This document shows positions 46,169-59,388 of a stretch of 64,000 bases of DNA, piece by piece. The position numbers and the translations under genes are program-made. The notes beneath the pieces were generated by a model, which saw only the letters and a list, made by a program, of their open reading frames with translations, was not told the origin of the DNA and made no database searches. Numbering within the stretch: the stretch's first letter is position 1; each line of letters starts with the position of its first letter. Source of the DNA: the human T2T-CHM13v2.0 reference genome, Homo sapiens; assembly GCF_009914755.1 (NCBI RefSeq), contig NC_060947.1, one strand, 5' to 3'.

Positions 46169-46337
46169 GAACATTTTGATCATCACTTTCATACTCGAGC
46201 AGAAAGGCAAAGGGTATTTCCGTTTCACTTATTTAAACTCTGCACATAATTGCAGCTAAGTTCCTCAGAAACAGAGGTTACTATTCTTTAAAAGAATATA
46301 GCCACAGGAGGTACAAAAATAGTTATATTCCCTGAAA

Positions 46338-47043
<706 letters not shown>

Positions 47044-47566
47044 AAGATAATTTTTTTTGTAGAAAAATAATATGTCCTTGTCAACTGGCATAAGTAATGA
47101 CAGCTTATCATGCATGCCGAGTTTGTCATTATAAAGACCTCAGACAAGTAAATAATACAATGTAAAATGAAAATTGAAATAATCCATTAGGTATGAAGAA
47201 ATCCACCACAAACATTCCAGTTGGAGTTCAGAAATTTGCCAATGAATTTATTAGAGACAGAGGGAGGTGAATAATGTAGGCCAATGACTATGAGGGTCAA
47301 CTTTTAGAGTTAATGAACTGCCTAAATATTTACTGGGAATCTCTGTGATATGCTAGGCTAAGTAGGGCACCTTCAAATGATATACACACTGCTCACTTAC
47401 AGATTATATTTCACTGAGGCAAGCTCGCCTGTCATTAACTTACTGTATTTTATCAACAAATATTTGAGCATCTACCACATACCAGGTACTGATTTTGCTA
47501 CTTGATGAGGTAGTTAACAAAATGTTGACAGGCTAGTCAGTGATACAGATACATGAATGGGTCTCC

Positions 47567-47710
47567 TTTTTTTTATTGTTTTTATTTTTTGAGATGGAGT
47601 CTCGCTCTGTCACCCAGGCTGGGGTGCAGTGGCGCGATCTTGGCTCACAGCAACCTCCACCTCCTGGGTTCAAACGATTCTCCTGCCTCAGCCTCCGAGT
47701 AGCTGGGATT
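47567..47710 (-). mobile_element. Partial Alu (right arm only)
   Basis: Ends abruptly at agctgggatta. Confidence 0.9.
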
Positions 47711-49380
47711 AAAATGCGATAAGCATTGAAGTGTAGCTATGCATTCACCAAACATTTATTACACATCTACCAAGGGCCAGGCACTATACTATTTTTGCTG
47801 GATATTCAGGAGTGAACAAAACAGAGCCAGTCCATACACGTAGCTTATGGTGTCATGGGTGACATCAACATTAAACCACTAATCATACAAAAGAGTTTAA
47901 TGCAAACCATACATATATATAGAAAAAAATTAAGATTGTTAGGAGAGTACTCCTTTTTTACAAACTTTCACTTTCAGAACTTTCATAGGTATGTTGCTCC
48001 TAAAGGCAAATATGCATCAAATTTTACTTTCCATGAATAAATGGGGTCACTGGTCAGCTATAGTTATTATAGTTTTTGGTATCATGTCTAACTTTAGACT
48101 AAGATGTGTCTCCTCTGTGTGTATTTTTGAAATGTTTTCTAAACATTATTAATCTCATTATGTGCCATGAGTACAAAAGCAAAGCAAATTTGTTGAGAGT
48201 CCTGGGAAAACATAGAAAAGAAGCAATAATAACAATAATAATCAAGGTCCTCAACATTTATAATTTTCTCAAAGGGCTTAACTGAATATCTATCGGTCTT
48301 TTGAATGGAGACATATGTTCTAAGAACAAAAGCACTTACAGTCATTTGGAATATAACCTGTTTCTAAGAAGAGCAGTGGATCTTACTTAGATTGAAAAGG
48401 CTGTGGTGGTTGTAACAGTGAGTCCCTCTGAGTAAGTAACATTGAAATTGAGCCCTGAAAACTATGTCAATATCAGCCGGAATACAGATGGTACAAGACA
48501 AAGGAATTAGCTTTTATCAAGGTAGAAGAAATACTTAGCGAGTCAGAGGAATTGAAACTAGGAATTCAGTGTGGCTAAAGTTTAGAGAGAAAAATGGAGA
48601 GTTGCAGGAGCTAAGTCCAGAGAAATGGACAGGTAATATCTTCTACATTACCTCTGGGCATTAAAATTTGATTCTGCATGAACTTTATTAGTGTATTATT
48701 TATTTTACATCCATGTCAATTACTAAATTCATTAAAAATTTGGTACAAGGTACAGATGAACTTAGGGAGTCTACCTAACAGATTACTCAAGATTGGTTTT
48801 GATCCTTGAAGTAGACCACTTCACTTAGCTAAGCATCCGTTTTAAAATACTAGAATCCAAAGGGTATCTTCAAGGATTTCTTTTTTAAACAGACCTAGCC
48901 ATGTACAATAGAGTCAAGGCAGTGTAAACTAAAATATGTGTTTTCTGGTTCTCAGATCAATAGGACATACAGCAGACTGACATAGCACTTAGGAGAAAAT
49001 TTCTCTGTATGTTTACGAAAACTGAAGGGAGTTTTTTTTTTTTTCTCCACTGGGAGCTGACCATCATTACCTTCCAGCTGAATCTATGAGAGAATTCTGT
49101 TCCCATTCTCCTGAATTAATAGTTGCTAAGAAAATGCCACATAATTTATTTGCTATATGACTTAAAAGGCAAAGCATAATGAAAATGAGAGTAAAATAAA
49201 AGGCCATTAACGAGAAAATATTGCATATATAAATTTGTGTCATATATATAGTAAATTTGCATCATACCAATATCAGGGAGAAAAGTAAGATTACCTTGTC
49301 AAGCATCAAGCACAAGTAGCTAAACCTTAAATACAGTGGATAATGAGGAACACTGAGATACCAATATTTTTTAAAGCTTC

Positions 49381-49659
49381 TATTTATTTATTTTGAGACA
49401 GGGTCTCCTGGGGTGTGGTAGCATGATTATAGCTCACTGTAACCTCCAACTCCTGGGCTCAAGAAATTCTCCCAACTCAGCCTCCCGAGCATCTAGGACT
49501 ACAGGCTTGCATCACCACAGTCGGCTACATTTTTAATTTTATGTAGAGATGGAATGTTGCTATGTGCCCAAGCTGGTCTTGAACTCCTGGCCTCAAGCAA
49601 TCCTCTTGCCTTGGCCTCCCAAAGCACTGAGATGACAGGCATGAGCCATGTGCCCAGTC
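49381..49659 (-). mobile_element. AluJ
   Basis: ctcctgggctcaag and ctcctggcctcaagcaatcctc diagnostics. Confidence 0.88.
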
Positions 49660-49728
49660 AACTTTTAATTTTCATTTAACAGCTTTATTAAGTATTTAAG
49701 GTGTACACGATGGGTCCATAATTAACAA

Positions 49729-49940
49729 ACAGATCTTCCCCGACTGACTACGATGGTTTGACTTACAATTTTGAAGTTCACCATGGTGCAAAAGCGATAC
49801 ACATTTAGTATAATCCTGGACTGAGGATGGGGTTATATCTGGATATACTCACTGTAAGTTGAAAATATCATTAATTGAAAATGTACTTTTGACTCATAAC
49901 ATTTTCAATTTATGATGGGTTTATCAGGACACAATCCCAT
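49729..49940. mobile_element. MER47/Tigger5-like MITE
   Basis: TIR-like ends cagatcttccccgact ... ggtgaggagcatctg followed by TA. Confidence 0.7.
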
Positions 49941-52900
49941 CCTAAGGTGAGGAGCATCTGTATACAATGTGATGAATTGGGATATAAGCATACAACCATG
50001 AAACCATCCCCATAATCAAGGTAACCAAGTATATGCATCAACTCCAAAAGTTTGCTCATGCCCCCTTCATTTTTTCTTTCTTCTTCTTCACTTTCTCCTT
50101 CTCCTTCTTCTTCTTCTTCTTATGGTAGGAACACTTAAGACATATCCTCTTAATAATAATTTAAGTGCACAGTACAGGCACTATGTTGTACAGCAGATCT
50201 TTAGAACTTATTTACATTATATAACTGAAACTTTATACTCATTGAACAGCAACTCCCAGTTCCCCCTTCGCCCAGCCCCTGGTTACTATCATTCTACTCT
50301 CTGGTTCTACGAGTTTGACTGTCTCAGACACCTCATATAAATGGAATCATTCAGTATTTGCCCTTTGGTGACTGGCTTATTTCACTTAGCATAATGCCTT
50401 CCAGGTTCATACATATTGTCAAATATGGCAGGACGTCCTTCCCTTTTAAGGCCAAATAATATTCCCTGTATGAATACACCACATTTTCTTTATCCATGCA
50501 TTCTTCCATGCACAGCTATGCTGTATTGATATCTTGGCTACTGTGAATAATGCTTCAGAGAAGATGAGAGTGCAGATATCTTTTTGAGATTCTGGTTTTA
50601 ATTCTTTGGGATATATACCCAGGAGTGAGGTTGCTGGATCATATGGTAGTTCTATTTTTAACTTTTTCAAGAACCTTTCTACTGTGTTCTATAGCAGCTG
50701 CATCATTTTTCCATTACCACCTATGGTGTACTAGCGTTCCGATTTCCTCACATCCTCAACAACATTTCTTATCTCTTGTTTTTGGTTTGTTTTTATAGTA
50801 GCCATCCTAACAGGGGTGAGATGATAGTGTTCATCTCACAGAGGTTTTGATTTGCATTTCCCTGATGACTAGTGATGCTGAGCACCTTTTCACATACCTG
50901 TTGGCCATTTCTATGTCTTCTTTGGAGAAATATATATTTAAATATTTTAAAAATCAAGTTATTTGCCTTTTTCCTGTTGAGTTGTATTAACAATCAGCTC
51001 TGTTTCTGTACACTAACAATAAGCTACCCAATAATAAGCTTTTCTTCTATTGGATTATCTTGTCACCTTTGTCATATATTGATTGACCATAAATATAAGA
51101 GTTTATTGCTGGACTATCGAGTCTCTTCCATTGTCAACATTAGGAGTGCAGTTAGTAGATTTAAGAAAAAAATATGAATAGGTTTGTTTCCTAAACCTAC
51201 AGGTGATCTATAAGCCTGTCCTTATGACAGTACCACACTGTCTTCATCATTGCAGATTTACATCAAGATTTGAAATCAGGTAATGTCCTGATTTCAAAGT
51301 CCTCTAACTTTTTTCTTCTTTTTCACAATTGTTTTGGCTATTTGGTACATTTGAATTGCTATATATAAATTGTGGGATCAATTTTTCAATTTGTGCCAAG
51401 ATTGTGCAATTTTTCAATTTGTGCCAACATCTGCTAAGATGTCGATGGAGATTGCATTAAATCTATAGAACAAGTTGGGGAGAATCACTACCTTATCAGT
51501 ATTGAGTCTTCCAATTCATGAACATGGAATATGGTCCCATTTATTTAGATTTTTAATTTCTCTCAGCAATGTATTACAGTTTTCAGAGTACAGGTTTAGT
51601 ACTTATATTTTCAAATTTATGACCATTTAATCTATTTTATGCTACAAAGAATGAAATTATTTTCTTAGTATCATTTTCAATTTTTTATTGCTAGTACACA
51701 GGAATGTAATTTATTCTTGTATATTGATTACCTTGCAAGCTTCATGAACTTATCAGATCTAGCAGTTATTTTGTGGATATCAGATTTTTCTACATACAGG
51801 ATTGTATTGTCTGTGAATAAAGAGAGTTTCATTTCTTCTTCTATACTGTGGATGCCTCGGATTCCTATCTTTCTCCTGGACCTGGGTTTTTTTGTTGGAA
51901 AATTTTAAATTACTAATTCAGTTTCTGTGTTTGTGTTAGGTCTATTCATATGTCTATTTTTTTCTTGAATCAGTTTTGTTAATTTATGTCTTTCTAAGAA
52001 TTTTTTCATTTAATATGTTTTGCAGAAATTGTTGACAATGTTGTTCATGTTATTACATTCTAGTCTTTCTAATTTCTGTAGGGTTGGTAGTAATTACCCC
52101 TTTTTCCTTTATGATTTTGGTAATTCTTTTTTTTTTGGTCAGTCTAGCTAAAGCTTCTCCATGTAAAAAATATTTTCAAAGATTAATGTATGGTTTCATT
52201 GATTTTTCTTTCTTCTTCTTCTATTTTATTGACTTCTGCTCTAACCCCCGTTATTTCCTTCCTTATGCTTCCTTCGAGCTTACTGTGTTCTTCTTTTTCT
52301 AGTTTCTTATGGCGAAAGCTTGAGTTAATGATTTAAGAATTTTATTCTTTTCTAAAATAGGTATTTAAAACTAGAAGTTTCCCTGTAAGCACTGCTTTAG
52401 TTACATCCTATAAATCTTGACATGTTGTGCTTTTATTTTTATTCAGTTCAAAATATTTTATAATTTCCTATGTGATTTAGTTTTTAACCAATGGATTTAG
52501 AAGTTGTTGAATTTCAAAATATTTTGATATCTTCCAAATTTCCTTCTGTTGAATTCCAATTTAATTCTGACATATTAAGAGAACATAATTTTTATGAATT
52601 CAAGCCTGTTGAGTGTATTGAGATTTGTTTTTTGACCTAGCATAGAATCTATCCCAGAGAAAATTTCATGTGCACTTTAAAATAATATGTATTCTGCTTT
52701 CATTTGGTGGCGTCTCCTATAAATGTTAGTTAGGTCAAGCTGGTTGATAGTGTTGGTGAATTCTTCTATATTGTTGCTATTTTTCTGTCTAATTGGCCTG
52801 CCAGCTATTGAGAGTAGGGTTTGAAGTCTCCAATAATAATTGTTGAATTGTCTAGTTCTCCTTTGAATTCTGTCAATTTCTGCATCATAGAATTTGGGAC

Positions 52901-53358
52901 TTTCCTATTAATTATATACGTTTATAATTGTTATATTTTCTGCTTAATTGACCCCTTATATAATTAAAAATGTCTTTTTCTCTTGTTACATATTTTGTCA
53001 TAAAGTCTATTTTGTCTGACATTAGTATTGTCACTTCATTTTTTATATGTAAACAATTTGCATAGTACCTCTTTTTTCTTTGAAATTATATGGTTTTGGC
53101 TCTAATACATTTCTCTTTTAAACAAACTATGGTTGGATATTTTAAATAATCCTGTCTGAAATCTCTGCCTATAATTGGAATGCTTAGTTCACTCCCATTT
53201 ACTATAACTATTGATATGTAGGTTGAGTATCCCATATCCAAAATGCTTGGGATTGGAAGTGTTTTGGATTTTGGATTTCTTTAGATTTTGTAATATTTGC
53301 ATATACCTAATATCTTGGAGATAGGACCTAAGTTTAAACACACATACTATATATATAC

Positions 53359-53392
<34 letters not shown>

Positions 53393-53397
53393 GTATG

Positions 53398-53432
<35 letters not shown>

Positions 53433-55900
53433 CTTAATAGATATCTTATACATATAACCTGGAGGTAATTTTATAAAGTATCTTAAATAATTTTTTGCAT
53501 GAAACAAAGTTTTGGCTGTGTTTTGACTGTGACTCATTACAGGTCAGGTGTGAAATTTTCCACTTGTGGTATTATATCAACCTTCAGAAAGTTTCACATT
53601 TTAGAGCATTTCAAATTTCAGATTTTTTTAATGGGAATTCTCAACTTTTAGTTGCAATTACATGTGCCATATTGTATTTTTTCACATCTTATTCATGTCT
53701 TTTTTGTTCCTGTTTCTCCTTTACTGCACTGTCTTGTTAGTTATTTTTAGTGTGTAATTTTAAATTTTGTTTTTAACTATTTATTTTCTTAGTGCTTGCT
53801 CTAAAGATTACATATGCATCTTAATTGATCATAATTTACTTAAGTTCAAACTAATTTAACACAGTAAAATGTAGATATTTTTCTCTGCTAAGCTCCATTT
53901 TTGCTCCTCCTGCTTATAAACACAATAACACAATGTTATAATTTTTATGCAATCTTAGGTCTTTTAAAGAAGTTAAAAGAAGAAAAACATATATCTATAT
54001 TTGTACAGTCTTTTATATGTATCTACATATTTATCAGTTCTGTGATTCTTTATCTCTTCATTTGGGTTCGAGTTACTGAATATCACTTCTTTTCAGCCTG
54101 AATGACTTTATTTAGTTTTTTCTTGTAAGTCAGGTCAGCTAGCAAGAAATATTCTCATTCTCAACTTGGTAATATATTTATTTTACCTATATTTTTGAAG
54201 GATAGTTTTGTTTTATGCGGAATTCTTGGTTGGCAATTTTGTGTTCTCTGAGAACTCTGAATATGTCATTTCAATACCTCTGGCCTCTATTGTTTATGAT
54301 GAGAAATTAACTATCAATCATGTGATCCCTGTACATGAGGAGTCATTTTTTTCTGGTTGTTTTAAAGACTTTCCCATTTGTCTTTCAATAATTTCAAATG
54401 AAACTATTTCAATAGTTTGACTCTTATGTTTTAGGGTATTGATCTCTTCGTGTTTATTCTATTTGGGGTTTGTTGAGCTTAACCGTATTTGTGAAGTGTT
54501 TGGCCATTATTTCTTCAAATAATTTTTCTGCCTCTTTAACAACATTCTCTTTTTTTCTGGAACTCTTGTAACATCTACATTGATATGCTCAATGTTTTGA
54601 CACAAAGCTATGACTCATGTTCGTTTTTTATACTGTTTTACCTCTGACATTCAGATTGGATAATTTTTATTTATCTATTTTCAAATTTACTGATTTTTTT
54701 TTTTTTCTGTCTTACTATCTGCTCTTGAGCCCCATTAGTGATTTTTTTAAATTTTGGTTATTCTACTTTCCAATTCTAGAATTTTCATTTGGTTCTTTTA
54801 TATAGTGTGTATCTTTTAGTTGAGATTCTCTATTTGTAGTTATTGTTACCATACTTTCATTTAATTATTTAAACATGCTTTTCTTCAGTTGTTTGAAGGT
54901 ATTTATAGTAGGAGCCTTTAAGTCTCTATCTGCCAATACCTGGGCCAATTCAGAGACAACTTTTGTTGACTGCTTTTCCCCATGAGAATGGGTCACAGTT
55001 GAACGTATCGTAAATTTTTCTTGAAAATTTGACATTTTAAATAACATATTAAAGGAGCCCCAAATTCTGATGTTCCTTCTTATGCCCAGCGTTTTTTAAA
55101 TTGAAGTTTTAATAACTTGCCTAGATGAAATCTGTGGAATCTGTTTCCCCACAGTGTGTGGCTGTTGATATTCTTTCTCTGTCAAACAACAGAAACAAAC
55201 TGTATGCCTAGTTTCCTAGAGGTAAGCATAGCTTAATTTGCATTAGTCAATAGTTGGCCAGCAGTTGATCTTAAATACCTCAAGCCAGTAAGACTTCCAA
55301 GTTTTGCTAAAGGTTCTTTATATGTGTTAAAGGGTATATTCAACATGCAGGCACATTTTAAGTTTTCATGAAGGAGACACAAGGAGTCCTTACTGAGGCC
55401 TATTACGGCTGCCTCATTTTGCAGATATGCTGGTTAAATTAAATTTCTGGCCAGTCTGCCAGTCAGTTACTTGTTCCAATCAAGACTGCAACTTTAGGCC
55501 AGCTGAGTTGCTATTCTGCCTTTTTGTTTGCCGCCTAGGTCTCCACCGTTACTGACAATGCTTCTGGACATGGAGTTTTAAACTTCTGCTTCAAATAAAA
55601 TCAGTCCCTGTGGTGATGAAGCTGCTTATTTCCATGGCTTGTTCTACCTTGATAGAACTATTATGCTTGACCAAGCTGGGAGTGGGGACTGGGGGCAATA
55701 CAGGCAAATACACCACAAATTCATATTGTTCATATACAAAGTTTAGTACTTTTTATAAATAATCACTTTTTAATTTAGCATATGCCGTTGGTTGATATCC
55801 AGGGTCATAAGATGTTTTCTCCAGTGTGTCCCATTTTACTGATTCTTGGGGAGATTTATCGAGCTACTCACTTTATCATCCCCAGAAGTCATGTACCCAG
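49941..55900 (-). mobile_element. Composite old L1M block (L1MA/MB 3' end to ~50990, older L1M body beyond)
   Basis: Antisense L1 text; minus ORF 50446..50670 ([22 protein letters not shown]) is ORF2-derived. Confidence 0.75.
53219..53648. mobile_element. Tigger4/Zombi (MER46)-like element containing a (TA)n tract at 53346-53432
   Basis: aggttgagtatcccatatccaaaatgcttggga ... gggaattctcaac. Confidence 0.75.
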
Positions 55901-56741
55901 ACACTAACTTCTAAGCACCTACTCATGTGCTGGGCATAGAGCTAGCCAATTTATTTACATTACCTCTTACTCTTACAACATCTCTATAAATATGTACTAT
56001 TATCTTTATTTTTGGATTAGTAAAAGGAAGCTCAGATAATTTAAGTAGCTGGTGCAAGAGAAAAAAGAACAAATTAAAAATATAAACGCAAAGATACCAT
56101 GTTACATACTTCCAAAGGTAATAAACACAGGTGGGAAGATAGGTGATTATTACCCAGCATTTAGTTGCCAGGTTTATGTAATGGCCAACCTGAAGTCCAA
56201 GTACTCTGATTTACTACTGCCTAGTATAAAGGCTAATTAGCAAGAAAACACCAAATAAGTCAGTAGGAGAAACAAGCTGTTTTTGTCATGGATAGACTCT
56301 AATCATTAAAAAAACAATCATTATATTGGCTCATAAAGTTAGAATTTGATTCGCACATGTAATTCTAATAAAATCCAGGGTCCCACGTGACCCATATTCG
56401 TTAAAGAGTTACACCAACAGAGAATCAGCCCAGCAAAAATAGATCATCAAAAAATAATTATAATCTCAATTTACATTTTAAAATTAATATAGGGAACTCA
56501 TCTACAATTTACAGAACATTCCAGAACTTTCATTTCTTCTCCTCCTCACTTTTTTTTATACCCATCCAGTTCTTCACAATCTTTCAACCTCTGAAACACT
56601 CCAGAAACCGTATCCACATTCACAGATTCTCTTGTTATCTTTATGGGGTAGATAAACCTTGCTTTTGTAGATACTTTCCTTTTACACAATCGTCATTTTT
56701 CCTTAAGTATTCTCCAAATTCCACACCATTTAAAATTTATA

Positions 56742-57120
56742 GGATGAATGGATAAAGAAAATGTGATATATATATATGCACCATGGGATATTATTCAGCC
56801 ATACAAAGGGTGAAATCCTGTCATTTGCAGCAACGTGGATAGAACTGGAGGTAATTATTTTAAGTAAGGTAAACCAGGCACAGAAAGACAAATATTATGT
56901 GTTGTCACTCACATGTGGGAGCTAAAAACATGGATCTCATGAAAGTAGACACTACCTTGGTGGTTACCAGAGATCAGAAATAGGAGTAGGGAGAGGGGAC
57001 AAAGGGGAAAAATAACATAAATTTACTTATTACCACTGAACTGTATACTTAAAAATGGTAAAGGTATATTTACTTTTATTTATATAGAGGTATATTTTAC
57101 CTCAATAAAATTAAATTTAA
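56742..57120 (+). mobile_element. L1M 3' fragment
   Basis: gatgaatggataaagaaaatgtg...gcacagaaagacaaata...cactgaactgtatacttaaaaatgg. Confidence 0.75.
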
Positions 57121-57128
57121 AAAATTCA

Positions 57129-57464
<336 letters not shown>

Positions 57465-58157
57465 TTAGACATAAGAGGAAGCACATATCTGAGAAGACAC
57501 AGGCTTGAAGCTGTTAAACTGGCAAATAATCATAAATGTAGTGGGGAATATTCACTTTCTTATTTGTTCTACCCTGTCGTCACTATTAGCTGCTTTGTTC
57601 ACATAGCTAGATATGGTCATATGTAACAATAAGGGAAAAGGCACAGATCTGGGTCTAAATCACTGACTTTTAGTTCTCGATCCTTCTATAACTTTGGTTA
57701 GCCTTGGACATATATCTTGTTTTTTCTTGTGCTTAATGTGGTAATTTGTAAAATGGACATAAGAATGCTGCCATGCTTTGCTTATGATCTCGAAGAGTCA
57801 GGTGAGATGATGGACGTATAAAATCTCTATAACTGAGATATTGCGACAATTAAGTGGGAAACATTTGTAAAACTCTTATCAAAGTCCTGTTCATAGAGTA
57901 AATGCACAAAACTTAGTGTCATTAATACTAGCTCTTGTAACTTCCAAATTTATAGTTTGGGTACATGAATAGATAGTGATATCACCCACAGTAGATTTTG
58001 GGAGAGGAATATAACATGTTGAGTTTTGGATATACTGACTTTGAGATGGCTTTGAGACATAGAAGAGGAAATGGTCCATTTGAAGCTACATATGTAGGTC
58101 TAATCTGAAACTATATATTGGGCCAAATATTAGACTTAGGCCATAAAATGAAATCGG

Positions 58158-58604
58158 TGACTTTGGTAGAGACTGCTTAGCTGCTTAGCCCATGATCCAT
58201 TCCACTACATTTTGAATGCCCATTGCAGTTTGGCATTGTCATGAGAATAAATTCTGGCCAATGACATACAAGCTAAAGTGTTGTGTAGATCTTCCATGAA
58301 GTCCCTTTAAAAGGGTAGAGGTATCCCTTTTTTGTCCACTTCCTACACCTTGCAGCCTTTGAAAAGCAGTTGTGATAGATAGAGAGCTGATAGTCATCTT
58401 GATCCATGAGTGTAAGGACCTCACCAAAGGATGGCAGATCTGTGAGACAGAAGGGATCTGGATCTTCAACATCATAGAGCAATGATACCAACCTCGGACT
58501 ACCTACTGGCAGATTCCTTCTACAAGAAGATGAATATATTTCTACTTTGTTTCAGTTACTATAATTCTTTTTTAATCTCCCTAGATATTATTCTAATTGA
58601 TACA
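58158..58604 (+). mobile_element. MLT1J/K-like LTR within L2 remnants
   Basis: tggtagagactgc...ttctggccaatga...ctaattgataca. Confidence 0.55.
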
Positions 58605-59292
58605 GTGAAAGCTACATTTGTTGCTATGGATAACAATCAGGGAAACCGTATAGAATGAGAAGAAGGGAGGGTTCAGAACATGTCCTAGAGAAACATCAGG
58701 ATGTAAGGGGCAGGTAAAGCAAGGAGTGTCATCAATATAGTAAGGAATTACATAGAGAGGTAAGAATAAATTCAGATAAGATTAGTGACTTGGAAGATAA
58801 GATAGGACCAAGTGCTAATACGGAAAGTGTTCACTTAATGGCACATGGCCTACGGATAATAGGACTAAGATATGTCCAGTGGATTTAACTACAAGAAATC
58901 ATTGTTGTTATTGGCAATAATGGTTTCTGAGCAGTGGTTTGGATCAAAAGCAAACAGCAAAAGAGAGGAGAGGGAAATGTGATAATAGAGAATGTGTGTT
59001 TAAGTAACAGTGACTAACTATGAAGAAGATTCAAATGGGAATAATAACAAGAAAGGGGAAGTAAGAGACATTTGTTAACTTTGGTTGCCCAGAATCTGAA
59101 TGCCCTGATTATGTCGAACAAAATCCCCAAATACAAATGGAATCTGATGGGGGAAGTTCAGTTTTTGAATCTGGAATGAGTGACAGAATTATAAGGCACT
59201 ATCTAGAATTCTTTCCAGTAGCAATGACATTCTTCACCCAGTGTCTGCAGTGGTAGAGTGGTGCATGGCAACGTTTACATCTAGTGTATGGG

Positions 59293-59388
59293 GGCCAGAC
59301 GTCGTGGCACATGCCTGTAATCCCAGCACTGTGGGAGGCTAAGATGAGTGGATCGCTTGAGTCCAAGAGTTCGAGATCCAATCTAGGG
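59293..59388 (+). mobile_element. Alu left-arm fragment
   Basis: ggccagacgtcgtggcacatgcctgtaatcccagcact...gagttcgagatcca. Confidence 0.8.

Noticed and set aside
45863-46228. 121-aa ORF with (LS)n
   Set aside because: Open because it crosses the (CT)n microsatellite.
51379-51427. 21-bp direct repeat with 28-bp period
   Set aside because: Local slippage duplication inside old L1; only two copies.
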